A stretch of 64,000 nt of DNA. Origin: an uncultured delta proteobacterium. Its GTDB lineage: Bacteria; Desulfobacterota; Desulfuromonadia; Geobacterales; DSM-12255. Location of the stretch: NCBI GenBank assembly GCA_963787125.1, contig CAWBBV010000011.1, forward strand, positions 64,001-128,000. Direction: 5' to 3'. The notes beneath the pieces are model-generated. The model was not told the DNA's origin. It did not search any database and saw only the letters and a list, made by a program, of their open reading frames with translations. The position numbers were made by a program, and so were the translations under genes. This document shows, piece after piece, positions 19,655 through 29,568 of the stretch (the first letter of the stretch is position 1; the number at the start of each line of letters is the position of its first letter).

Positions 19655-20788
19655 ATGAAAAAAATCGGGTTTCTTGTAATCATACTACTCGTGATTTTTG
19701 TTTCAGGCACTGCCATGGCAGAGTTGCTGCATTCTGAGGAAAAAAGAATCACTGATGAAGCCATTGCCGCTGACTTGAAAACCATGGACTGGCTACAGGA
19801 ACGTCTTGCTGAACTTAACCGCAAGGGTGTGCCGATAGCCTCGTATCAATTTGCCAAAGCCCAGGCCTGGATCGATTTTGCCCGCGACGAATACACGGAA
19901 AATGACCGTTCCGTTGTCTGTGAAGAAGCGTTGAAGCAGTCGGTCGGAATCATTGCCCAGCTGGAAGCGGAGAAGAAAGATATCAGTATGAGTACCCCGA
20001 TTATTCCGACCAGTAGCGTCGTTCGTAAAGACCTGTGGGAGCTGGCCGAACGCTTGAAACTTCATCCTGGTTTCCATTGTGGTGAAGACCGGGTGGCACA
20101 ATTTGAAGTGCAGCTGGTCTGGTCGGGTCATGAAGAGAGTGAATTCGGCTGGCGCCACTCCAAACCCTACCTTCAGGCAGCTGAACGTTTGGCCCGGGAA
20201 GCGGTTGATCTGATCAATGCCTGCGTCAAACCGCCGGTTCCGGCTCCGGCTCCGGCTTGTCAAGGGTGTCCGAGTTGTCAGGTATGTCTGCCACCGGTTG
20301 CGGTCCTGCCATTGCAACTACCTGCGGCTGAATTGACGGGGACAAAACAGTTGGGTGCTTCGTCCGGGGCCGAACGTGCCAATACGCCGGTTATTGCACT
20401 GCCGGATGCGATCCATTTTGCCCTTGATCGGGCAGATATAGGCATCTTCAGCGTTCCAGTCCTCCAACAGATTGTTGCCGCTTTGCACGAATACCCGCAG
20501 TTGAAAATAGAGCTGGGCGGTCACACCGATATAAGAGGGACAACCGATTATAATAAGGATCTTTCCGCCAGACGCGCCGCGAGTATCAATAACTACTTGC
20601 TGGCTGCCGGAATTGACAGCTCAAGAATCAGTATTCGCAGTTACGGCAAAAGCAGGCCAAAATCTCCGCAAAAAGGGATCAGGGATTACGCCCAAAACCG
20701 GCGGGTGGAGCTAAACTACACCGGCATTGACAACCTGCAGGTCTACCAGCAGGAAAATGATCTGCAACTGGAAAAGAGCGGACATTAA
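19655..20788 (+). CDS. OmpA-family peptidoglycan-binding protein with a helical N-terminal domain
   Basis: IHFALD, GHTD.RG...YN..LS.RRA, YGKSRP, NRRVE; signal peptide ending AMA. Confidence 0.9.
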   Translation: MKKIGFLVIILLVIFVSGTAMAELLHSEEKRITDEAIAADLKTMDWLQERLAELNRKGVPIASYQFAKAQAWIDFARDEYTENDRSVVCEEALKQSVGIIAQLEAEKKDISMSTPIIPTSSVVRKDLWELAERLKLHPGFHCGEDRVAQFEVQLVWSGHEESEFGWRHSKPYLQAAERLAREAVDLINACVKPPVPAPAPACQGCPSCQVCLPPVAVLPLQLPAAELTGTKQLGASSGAERANTPVIALPDAIHFALDRADIGIFSVPVLQQIVAALHEYPQLKIELGGHTDIRGTTDYNKDLSARRAASINNYLLAAGIDSSRISIRSYGKSRPKSPQKGIRDYAQNRRVELNYTGIDNLQVYQQENDLQLEKSGH

Positions 20789-20821
20789 AAACTGGCAGAT
20801 GAATGCCGTTGCGAAGGAATT

Positions 20822-23800
20822 TTGATAACCATGAACATCAGATCAGTTACTGAAACTCATCTACGTAACAGCTACCGGACAGTAATGTCGGTTCTGTCCG
20901 GTATTGTCCTGCTGCTGCTTCTTCCCGGGGCTGTCTGCGCCGGGAACATCACCTCCACAACTTCATTCACCCCTGCCCAGGCCGGTCGCAGCTGGATGGA
21001 TGTAGGTGGCGTCTGGAACGGCGCGGCTGTTGTCCCTGCCGACACCTTCACTCTTACTCTCAGCAATGCCGCCTCCATATCCTACGACATGCTGGTATTG
21101 GTAAACCTGCCGGCCAACTTCAATTATGTCCCCGGTACGGCTTCAGTCAGCGGCAATGCCAGCTGTACGACCGTGCCGACGGTTGCCGCCTCACAGGTAG
21201 CAGATATTCTCAACTTCAACCTCGGGCCGGTAGTCGGCCTTGTAGGTTATGACATGCCGGTCGGCTGTGCCCTTACTTTTACTTACGGGCTAACTGTGGC
21301 GTCACCGAAAACTGATGGCACATATCTGGTGATTCCTGCCTGGCAAGGGGCAGTTGTGGACGGAGGGGTGCGCAATCTGTCACCGATACAGCCATCGGGG
21401 AATACCACGCAAAGCGTGCTGGTACAGAACGGCGCCACTATCATCACCAAAAACCAGAATCCCGCCGGAGTGCCGAAAACTGTCGGCGATGCGGTCAACT
21501 GGGATGTGGCGGTGGTTAATACCGCCTTGGGCGGTCTTTTCGATGTCGATATCAACGAAAGCGCCATCAACCCCGGCGCCGCGCTCACCCTGACCGGCAT
21601 GGCCGTTACCGCTCCGGCATTACCGACTGCATCGTCGCCGTCAGCGGCAGTCAGACGCCTTCCCTATCTTGCACCGGGGGTCACTTATTCAGCAACAGTC
21701 AACAGTACGGTTACTGCCTGCACCAACATTGACAATACTGTCACCACTACCGACACGACAGGCGGGACAGCCAAAAACACCAGCGGCCATGTAGCCCTTG
21801 AGCTGAAAGAACCTGCCATCTCCGTCACCGTGCCGCCGATTACCGTCCCCTATGGCGGCAGTGCGCCTGTGTCCATCCCGGTACAGAACACCGGCGCCGG
21901 TCCGGCGTCAGCGCTCACCCTGCATACCGATCTGCCCTCCCATAACCTGACGGTAAGCGCTGTGGCTGGCGGCTGGACCTATAGCGGCGTCACCGGTATT
22001 TTTACCTATACTGCCGGCAATCTGGCCAGCGGGGCGACCAGTACCCTTTCCTTTAACCTGGCGGCAACCTCTGTCTGCACCTTCTCTTCCCAGACGATCC
22101 AGTGGACCCCCTACTTCAATAATGTCTGCAATACCACCAACTATGCTGTTCCGATCCAGTTCAGCACGGTCAGCCCGGATCCGGCAGTGCCGACGGTTAC
22201 CCTCAACAAGACCACTCCATCCAACCGGGTTATCGCGGGACAATCCTCCAGCTACACCCTCAGCCTCTCGGCAACCAACCTGGCCAATATCAGCACCAAT
22301 CCGCTCGTGGTAACCGATGTTCTCCCGGCAGGCATCACTTTAGTCAACCTGACTATCCCCCCCGGAACGACTGCAACCTGCCCTGGCGGCTGCGACGGCG
22401 GTAAAACCATAACCTGGACCGTCACCAAAGCGCAGCTGCCGGTACCCGATCTCGTAGTCGGTTTCACTGTGCCGGCTGGCAGCCCCTGCCTTGGCGGAAC
22501 CACCATTAATAACAGCTCCTCGGTGGTCGCCTCCTCCACCCAGGCCTGTTCACTCACCACCACCTCCCCGACAGCTTCGATTCTGTTAGAAAACAATCCG
22601 ACTTCCGTCAGTCAGCTGTTCGACCTGGATTCATCAGTGACCGCCGCCACCAATTTTGAAACCGGCAATGTGGATGCCGCCCCGCTGGGAGTGCGTAATG
22701 CCGGAGAAGGCGAATTCATCCCCTTCAAGGCGTCGTACTCCTTTATTGGCGGCAGCGCCACCTGGTCAGGCAGTAACTACAAAGACAATTTTGCCGGCCT
22801 TGTGAACAATGTGACTCTTGTCTCCAGCACTCTGGAAGTCTCCATAAATAGCGGCGGCAGCTGGATTCCCCTGCCGAACATCAACTTCCCCGCCAGCAAC
22901 TTCACCTGCGGCAGCGGTGGCATTGCCACTAATAACTGTGCAGGTGGTTTGACCATAAATCTTGACCCTCTTAACGGCGTGGCATTCTTCAACAACGACG
23001 CTGTTGCCGGTACGACGGTCCAGTTCCGTTATCGCCTGTCTGCCTCCGACCAGGCGCTACCGCTGCCAGGAACGTCCCGGAGCTTAACTGAACTGGTAAC
23101 CCTGCATCTTAATGGAGCCAGCAGTGGCTGCGGGTCAACGGATTACACTCAAGGGGCCTTTTACTCCATCAGCCGCGCCGTGCCGGTGCCAACCTTAAGC
23201 GCCACCCACGTCAGCGACGGCACCACTGCTTCGGTCATCGACATCTGCGAACCGCTCAATTTCACCCTCAACGTCGGCAACGGCACTGCCTTTAATCCTT
23301 CCAATATCCTTGCCACCATTCTTAACAGTACCAGCAACTACACCTATGCGGATCCGCCCGTGCCTACTTACAGTGGCCTGTTCACTGCCGGCAATATCGT
23401 TTACACACCAAACGCCGGGATTGATCCGACCTTTGCCCTCAATCCTGCGATGACAACCCTCAGCGCCAGCGGTGCCATCACCTTCCGCGGCTACCGCAAG
23501 GCGTCGTCCGGCGTGTCGCCGACGTCACTCACCGCCCGCATCGACTATGATGATACCCAGTATAATTCAACCGGAGCCCGCGATTTCAGCCCGACCGGGG
23601 TCGCCCCCGGGGTGACTGCCGGCTGGACACCGATGTTTGTCCGCAGCGGCAATATTACCGTGCTCACCACGCCGCAGAACTTTACCATCACCTCCAACAA
23701 AGCCACTTGGGATGTGTACGTAACCAACGGCGGTAACGGCGTCGCCTACAACGCCCAGTTGAGCAATATCGTCGGTAACGCGTCGGCTCCCTATGGCATG

Positions 23801-26800
23801 TCACCAAACGCAGCTGCCACCGACGCAGCCAACGCTGCTACCAGCTGTCTGCCGAACCTCAACTGTAATGTTTCGGTCGTCGGGCAGGTGATGAACTGGA
23901 CTCTGGGGGACATCCCTCCGGGAGCGACCAAAAAAATTACGGTAGTAGTCGATGTCACCGCCGGAATCTGCACCATCGCCATGCCGGCCAACAGCATTAC
24001 AGCTCGCTGGGGGTGCGGCGGCGTCTGGCAGCAGACCCAGACCTCCAACTCTCCCAGTTTTACCCTGCCGACCGGTCAGATACAGGTAGTGCACGACTCA
24101 ACTGCTTCCGTCTGCAAGCTGTGCGAAAACGGCACTGACCAGGTTGTGGTTCGTAATACCGGCTCGGCCCACATTTACAATACCATCGCTTCGGAGGTTC
24201 TCAATACGGCAACTACCGGCATCGATATAATCACAGGTACAGTCGAGTACCAGACCGTCGGTTCCAGCGGTACCAGCCTCTGGATTGCGGGTGGCAATCC
24301 CACCGGAGCGGGCACAGGTGCAAGTCCGTACCAGTGGAGTTCCGCCCAGATCCCGCCCCTGGCAGACCTGGTGCCGGTGGGTGAAGTCGGTGTTTATGAA
24401 GTGCGCGTAAGATTTTCTCTTTCCAGCACCAACCTGACCAGCTCTGTCTTGCCGACTCTGACTGCTTCCGCAAGCGGCATCATTGCCTGCGGTACTGCGG
24501 TCAGCTCACCCGGCACTCCTTTTAGCGTACCGGTGCAAAAGCCAGACATATCTGTTAACAAAACCGGCATCAACCGGACCGTAGCAGGCGGCGCTATCGG
24601 TAGTGGCGCTTTTAGCGATACCACCTTTGCGGGCAACGGTGACATAGTGGAATGGAAGATCACCGTCCAGAACGCCAATACCGTAGTGCCGACACACAAC
24701 ACCCGCTTTGCCGATATATTCACTGCCAATAATGCCACCCTCAGACAGCTGGTACAGAACGACAACGGTGACGCCAACGGTGTCATCAGCAGTGACAGCG
24801 GCCTCCTCATTAGTCCGATTCCTCCTTCAACGACGCGGACTTTCTATATTCAGGAAACCGTTGGCAATGCCTGCATCTCAAGCAACAACACCGCCGATGT
24901 TACCTGGGGATGCACCGCTGCCGTTGACGCAAAAGGTCGCAATGCGCTGATAAATCCGCCGACAGTTGTGGCTAAAAACCTCGACCCGTCGGCACTGAAC
25001 ATGACCCCGGCCTTTGGCGCTTTTGCTGCTGCCGGCACCCAAACCATAACTAGTCTTCCAGGCGGACGGGCAAGTATTGATGTGCGGGTCACTAATACCG
25101 GCGGGACCGCCGCTGGACTGTTTTTGACTGATACTTTTCCGGCCGGGATGCAGCTGGATGCGTCAGTCGCGCCGGCATTTATCGCCGGTTCCACCGGCGT
25201 GGCGCCGGCTGCAGGCGGCACATGCCCGGTTACCGTCCCCGCCTCCTGTGTAACGGGAGTAACAACCGGCGGGACTGCAACCGTGCCGATCTTTACCCTT
25301 AATGGATTTCTGCGCAACGGCGCTACTGCCATACTGCGATACTTTGTGCTGCCGACAGTCTACGACACGACTGCCGCCACAACCTTTCCGGCACTGGTGA
25401 CAAATGAACCGAACCCTGCGCTTGATCCAAATCCGCCGGCGACCGCCAACAACAAGGTTGACCTCTCGTATATAAATTCCTGCAGCGGCCTTCCCAGCAC
25501 TTTGACCAATCTTACCAACCTCGACCTGCTGACTCCAGATCTGGATTTAGTCACTCTGGGTACACCGAATCAAGTGGTGAACACGTTGCCAGTGAACTTC
25601 ACCTTTACAATCAGAAACAACGGAGATGCTCTTTCGGTAGCCGACCAAATAACCTTTCAGCTGCAGAATGCTCTCCCCGGCCCCCCCCTGCTGCTTGGCG
25701 GTGGCTGGAGTGTTAACACTGTACGTGTCACCACTCCGGGGACCGGCGGTATTCTCAATGCTAACTGCATTCAGATCGGCGGAGTCTATACTTGCACTCC
25801 GGCACAGATCGGCACTTTGCGATCAGGGCTCATCCAACAAGCCATAGTTACTGTCAATGTGACCCCCCTTGATAACGGGCTGCCGCTGACCATGCCCGGC
25901 ATGGTTACCGGTGCCCTCTTCGACCAGAACAACGCGGCCACCGGCAATAACTACAGCCTGGATCAGGCCCGTTACCGGGTCATCGGCTTCAATACCACCA
26001 AAACCCAGCTGGCGACCAGTGAGGCCTTCACGGTCAACCCCGATGTGGCCATCGGCGAAGAGGTTACCTATCGGCTTCGGGCCCGCTGGTTCGGCGGGAT
26101 TCCGGGTGAAAATTTAACTGCCGTCACGGTACGCGACACGACTTATGACCCGGGTCCCACTGCGCCGGGACGATTCGGCTATGTATCTTCGGCGCCGACC
26201 GGTTCGAACACTGTGACTATAAACAGTACCACTCCTACGTTACTGGCTGGAGCCACTGCGGTACGTGGTGCCCGGGTCGATTTCGGTATAGCTGATATCA
26301 CGACCGGATCAGGCACTTTCGAGGTGGACATGATCACCCGTGTCATGAATGACCCCCTCAATACCAGCGGCAGCCTTCTTCCCAACAACCTGGGAGAATC
26401 CTTCACATACCTTGGGCAGATTTTTCGCTCCAACAGCGCCAACGACGGCTTTGCCGGTGGCACCGCCTTTGCCGCGCTTCACGCCGTGCCGGCAGCTCAA
26501 CCCAGGGTGCAACGCCCAATCGTTACGGTCGACAAACAGGTGCGCAACGTCACTACCGGCAGCCCCTTCGGCCATGGCGGCGGCGGCAACGGCAGCGATA
26601 TTTTCGAATTCCGCGTTGTCCTCGCCAACTCCGGCTCGGCACCTGCTTTTGATCTGTCGCTGGTGGACAACCTTCATGCCAAACTGGTGATGATTGACGG
26701 CGCAGGCGACGGTGTTGATAACGATGGTGATGGCACAACTGACAGCGGTGACCTGGAAGGTACTTATGTTACCGGTGCCGGTGGTAGCGTCATCTTCAAT

Positions 26801-28537
26801 GAAGCAAATACCGCTATGCCGACTGCCGGGCGGAAATTTGCCCAGCTTGACCCAACGAAATCGATTACTCTCCTTTTCAGAGCTACCGGTGATGTGCTCA
26901 CTCTGGTTGGCGGAGAAATCCTTCCCAATACCGCCACTGTTACCTACAGTACCCTCCCTGGCGCTTCCGGAAACCAGACCGCTCCGATCGGCGTTGCGGG
27001 TGCTGCTGACGGCGAAGCAATTCTGAACGCCAGCGACACCATCAATATCAACATCTCCCGGGTCAGCGGCTACGTCTACAACGACCTGAACCACAATGCT
27101 ACCCACGAAGGTGCCGAAGGGTATACCGGACTCCCGGTTATTGCCGGACCACTCGCCACCCTCCATGTCAAACTGATCGACACCACTTCGCCGGGCTCAG
27201 CCATAGCAGTGGCGACCGTTGATCCGGCCACCGGTGCCTACAGCTTCGGTACGGTTCCACCGGGAAATTATACCGTCATTGTTGACGACAACATCACACT
27301 CACAGATATCACCCCCTTCATCCCTGCGAACTGGTTCGGCACCGAAACCCCCACCCAGTCTCGCAGTTTCAGCCTCCCTCTTGGCGGGGCGGCAACAGAG
27401 CTGAATTTCGGCTTCTACCAGGGGATCAAGGTGTCCGGTGTCGTGTTTAATGACAACGGTATCGGCTGCGGAATTCCCGGTCCGCCACCTACCTGTGCCA
27501 ACAACGCAACTCTTGACGGGTCGGAACAGGGAATAGCCAAAGTCACGGTCAAGGCTACCAACGGCGGGGCCACGACTTACGACACCACCACAACTGACGC
27601 TACCGGTGCCTATACGCTCTGGCTGCCAAGTATCGCCACCACCACGGAGATAGTCGAAACCAATCCAGGCAACTACATCTCCACCGGCGGCAGCCCCGGA
27701 ACTACAGCCGGCGGTCCGGGCGGAGTCTACACCCGCGCCACTGACAGAACCAGTTTTACCGCCTCTGCTGGGAGCACCTACACCGGCGTCAATTTTGCCG
27801 ATGTCCTTGGCAGCGAATTCCTCACTGACGGCACCCAGTCGGGCATGGCAGGCGCGGTACTCTATTACCCGCATACCTTTACCCCTCACAGCGGCGGCTC
27901 CGTCCAGTTCACTGCTACATCAACTGCCAGCCCGGCAGTTACCGGCTGGAACGAGATGATTTTTCAGGATTCTAACTGCAATGGGATAATTGATGCTGCT
28001 GAACCGCAGATAACAGCGGCAATCAATGTCAGTTCCGGTCAGACCATCTGTATTCTCATCAAAGAGTTCATCCCTGGCGGAGCGCCGACCGGTGCGGAAA
28101 ACAAAATTACGGTCACCGCCGCCTTTACCTACACCAATGCACCGGCGCCCATGCCTGTTACCAGCATGACTCATACAGATGTGACCACGGTAGGCGCTGC
28201 CAAGGGTGCAGGACTGACCCTGGTGAAGTCAGTCGACAAGACAGCCGCTCTCCCCGGGGATACCCTGATATACACCATAACCTACGGAAATAACGGCCTT
28301 GGCAATTTGAGCAATATTGTCATCAATGACACGGTGCCTACGTATACCAACCTGTTGTCAAACTGCTGCGTTAACCCCGGCAGTGTCTGCCTTGGAACCC
28401 CCGTCACTCCGTGGCCGCTGAATATATCCGCCTGCACCCCCGCCTTCAGCGGCAATGCTGTCTCCTGGGCACTTATCGGCACTCTGGCCCCGGGGAATAC
28501 CGGTCAGGTTAAGTTCAGTGTACAGATTCAACCATAG
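20822..28537 (+). CDS. 2571-aa secreted DUF11/SdrD-B repeat adhesin-like protein (alternative start 20831)
   Basis: Signal peptide, many K..PG..Y/W..N..D..P..N repeats, SG.V[YF]ND modules, DGVDNDGDG Ca-type loop, many paired Cys. Confidence 0.88.
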   Translation: MITMNIRSVTETHLRNSYRTVMSVLSGIVLLLLLPGAVCAGNITSTTSFTPAQAGRSWMDVGGVWNGAAVVPADTFTLTLSNAASISYDMLVLVNLPANFNYVPGTASVSGNASCTTVPTVAASQVADILNFNLGPVVGLVGYDMPVGCALTFTYGLTVASPKTDGTYLVIPAWQGAVVDGGVRNLSPIQPSGNTTQSVLVQNGATIITKNQNPAGVPKTVGDAVNWDVAVVNTALGGLFDVDINESAINPGAALTLTGMAVTAPALPTASSPSAAVRRLPYLAPGVTYSATVNSTVTACTNIDNTVTTTDTTGGTAKNTSGHVALELKEPAISVTVPPITVPYGGSAPVSIPVQNTGAGPASALTLHTDLPSHNLTVSAVAGGWTYSGVTGIFTYTAGNLASGATSTLSFNLAATSVCTFSSQTIQWTPYFNNVCNTTNYAVPIQFSTVSPDPAVPTVTLNKTTPSNRVIAGQSSSYTLSLSATNLANISTNPLVVTDVLPAGITLVNLTIPPGTTATCPGGCDGGKTITWTVTKAQLPVPDLVVGFTVPAGSPCLGGTTINNSSSVVASSTQACSLTTTSPTASILLENNPTSVSQLFDLDSSVTAATNFETGNVDAAPLGVRNAGEGEFIPFKASYSFIGGSATWSGSNYKDNFAGLVNNVTLVSSTLEVSINSGGSWIPLPNINFPASNFTCGSGGIATNNCAGGLTINLDPLNGVAFFNNDAVAGTTVQFRYRLSASDQALPLPGTSRSLTELVTLHLNGASSGCGSTDYTQGAFYSISRAVPVPTLSATHVSDGTTASVIDICEPLNFTLNVGNGTAFNPSNILATILNSTSNYTYADPPVPTYSGLFTAGNIVYTPNAGIDPTFALNPAMTTLSASGAITFRGYRKASSGVSPTSLTARIDYDDTQYNSTGARDFSPTGVAPGVTAGWTPMFVRSGNITVLTTPQNFTITSNKATWDVYVTNGGNGVAYNAQLSNIVGNASAPYGMSPNAAATDAANAATSCLPNLNCNVSVVGQVMNWTLGDIPPGATKKITVVVDVTAGICTIAMPANSITARWGCGGVWQQTQTSNSPSFTLPTGQIQVVHDSTASVCKLCENGTDQVVVRNTGSAHIYNTIASEVLNTATTGIDIITGTVEYQTVGSSGTSLWIAGGNPTGAGTGASPYQWSSAQIPPLADLVPVGEVGVYEVRVRFSLSSTNLTSSVLPTLTASASGIIACGTAVSSPGTPFSVPVQKPDISVNKTGINRTVAGGAIGSGAFSDTTFAGNGDIVEWKITVQNANTVVPTHNTRFADIFTANNATLRQLVQNDNGDANGVISSDSGLLISPIPPSTTRTFYIQETVGNACISSNNTADVTWGCTAAVDAKGRNALINPPTVVAKNLDPSALNMTPAFGAFAAAGTQTITSLPGGRASIDVRVTNTGGTAAGLFLTDTFPAGMQLDASVAPAFIAGSTGVAPAAGGTCPVTVPASCVTGVTTGGTATVPIFTLNGFLRNGATAILRYFVLPTVYDTTAATTFPALVTNEPNPALDPNPPATANNKVDLSYINSCSGLPSTLTNLTNLDLLTPDLDLVTLGTPNQVVNTLPVNFTFTIRNNGDALSVADQITFQLQNALPGPPLLLGGGWSVNTVRVTTPGTGGILNANCIQIGGVYTCTPAQIGTLRSGLIQQAIVTVNVTPLDNGLPLTMPGMVTGALFDQNNAATGNNYSLDQARYRVIGFNTTKTQLATSEAFTVNPDVAIGEEVTYRLRARWFGGIPGENLTAVTVRDTTYDPGPTAPGRFGYVSSAPTGSNTVTINSTTPTLLAGATAVRGARVDFGIADITTGSGTFEVDMITRVMNDPLNTSGSLLPNNLGESFTYLGQIFRSNSANDGFAGGTAFAALHAVPAAQPRVQRPIVTVDKQVRNVTTGSPFGHGGGGNGSDIFEFRVVLANSGSAPAFDLSLVDNLHAKLVMIDGAGDGVDNDGDGTTDSGDLEGTYVTGAGGSVIFNEANTAMPTAGRKFAQLDPTKSITLLFRATGDVLTLVGGEILPNTATVTYSTLPGASGNQTAPIGVAGAADGEAILNASDTININISRVSGYVYNDLNHNATHEGAEGYTGLPVIAGPLATLHVKLIDTTSPGSAIAVATVDPATGAYSFGTVPPGNYTVIVDDNITLTDITPFIPANWFGTETPTQSRSFSLPLGGAATELNFGFYQGIKVSGVVFNDNGIGCGIPGPPPTCANNATLDGSEQGIAKVTVKATNGGATTYDTTTTDATGAYTLWLPSIATTTEIVETNPGNYISTGGSPGTTAGGPGGVYTRATDRTSFTASAGSTYTGVNFADVLGSEFLTDGTQSGMAGAVLYYPHTFTPHSGGSVQFTATSTASPAVTGWNEMIFQDSNCNGIIDAAEPQITAAINVSSGQTICILIKEFIPGGAPTGAENKITVTAAFTYTNAPAPMPVTSMTHTDVTTVGAAKGAGLTLVKSVDKTAALPGDTLIYTITYGNNGLGNLSNIVINDTVPTYTNLLSNCCVNPGSVCLGTPVTPWPLNISACTPAFSGNAVSWALIGTLAPGNTGQVKFSVQIQP

Positions 28538-28613
28538 GAGGCTATAACGTAACGATCGCGGCTTAGATTCGCCGCTAACTTACTGTATTTACTATATTAA
28601 CCATAAAAAATGA

Positions 28614-28642
28614 TTGACATCTAATATCTGCTGCGGTATAAA
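28614..28642 (+). promoter_or_regulatory. Sigma70 promoter upstream of the transglycosylase gene
   Basis: TTGACA-17 nt-TATAAA. Confidence 0.65.
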
Positions 28643-28855
28643 CCTGTCAACGCTTATAGCAAGCGTGACGAAAGAGAGGCTCTGAATTCAGGGCCTTTTG
28701 GTGTTTCAAGCCTTCAATAGAGGCGGCAGATGCCCGTAAATCCCACTATAAAAGGAGTTAACGGCCGGTATAACATTTTTTATGCATTGAAGTTCTTGCT
28801 CCACGGGTCAAAATGACCACCCGGCAAAGCCACCTAATCCTCCCCAAAATTACCT

Positions 28856-29479
28856 ATGAAAATAACTATTCTAATTCTCGCATTCCTCCTACTGATTGCT
28901 GTCAATAATAATCAGGCCTCGGTAAGCATGAATCCGGAACCAGTAGTAGCTGCTTCACGCGCTAGTCAAGTTACCGCAATGAAACAGCAGGAAAAAGAAA
29001 AAGACCGGATCGAAAGGCAGCAGCAGCTGCCAGCCATCACCTCCATCTTTGCCCGTCATACCAGCAGGGAGCGAGCAAATCGCCTCGCCTACCTTTGCTA
29101 CGAAACCACCATTGGCACACCATTTAAACCGATTGATCTTGCCGAACTGGCGCTTGCCGAAACCGGTGGTCATTCACTCTCAAGTCATGCCGTCTCCAGC
29201 GAAGGGGCTCTCGGTGTCTGGCAACTGATGCCTAACCGGGCAAAGAGCCACGGCTACAAGCCGGCAGAGATGAAAAAAGATGAAAAATGTGCTGAAGCTG
29301 CGGTTAAAGAGTTGAAAGCAAAGCTGACCATGGCTGCCGGTAATCTGCAGAAAGCGAAACGTCTTTACTGCGGCACCGGGACTCAGGCACGGGAGTATGA
29401 ACATAAAACCCAGAAGTATCGCCGGGAGATAATGGCGAAAATGGGGAAATCTTCCGCTGCAAAAGAGATTAAATCCTGA
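28856..29479 (+). CDS. Lytic transglycosylase (SLT/GH23-like) domain protein
   Basis: AETGG...AVSSEGALGVWQLMP; N-terminal signal. Confidence 0.8.
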   Translation: MKITILILAFLLLIAVNNNQASVSMNPEPVVAASRASQVTAMKQQEKEKDRIERQQQLPAITSIFARHTSRERANRLAYLCYETTIGTPFKPIDLAELALAETGGHSLSSHAVSSEGALGVWQLMPNRAKSHGYKPAEMKKDEKCAEAAVKELKAKLTMAAGNLQKAKRLYCGTGTQAREYEHKTQKYRREIMAKMGKSSAAKEIKS

Positions 29480-29568
29480 TATAAATGACAAAGCAGACTG
29501 AAGGGATTCAGGCTGCAGGCTGAAGTAAGGTCTTAACCTTCAGTCAAACTTACCTTTTTGGAGTTTGC

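Noticed and set aside
20220..20290. Cys cluster in the OmpA protein, and Cys pairs in DUF11 proteins, as heme c sites (nanowire cytochrome)
   Set aside because: No CxxCH motif seen.
29494..29545. gactgaagg...ccttcagtc with AGGCTG(C/A) heptamer-like units before trpA
   Set aside because: Too short and degenerate to call as a repeat family or terminator from this window alone.
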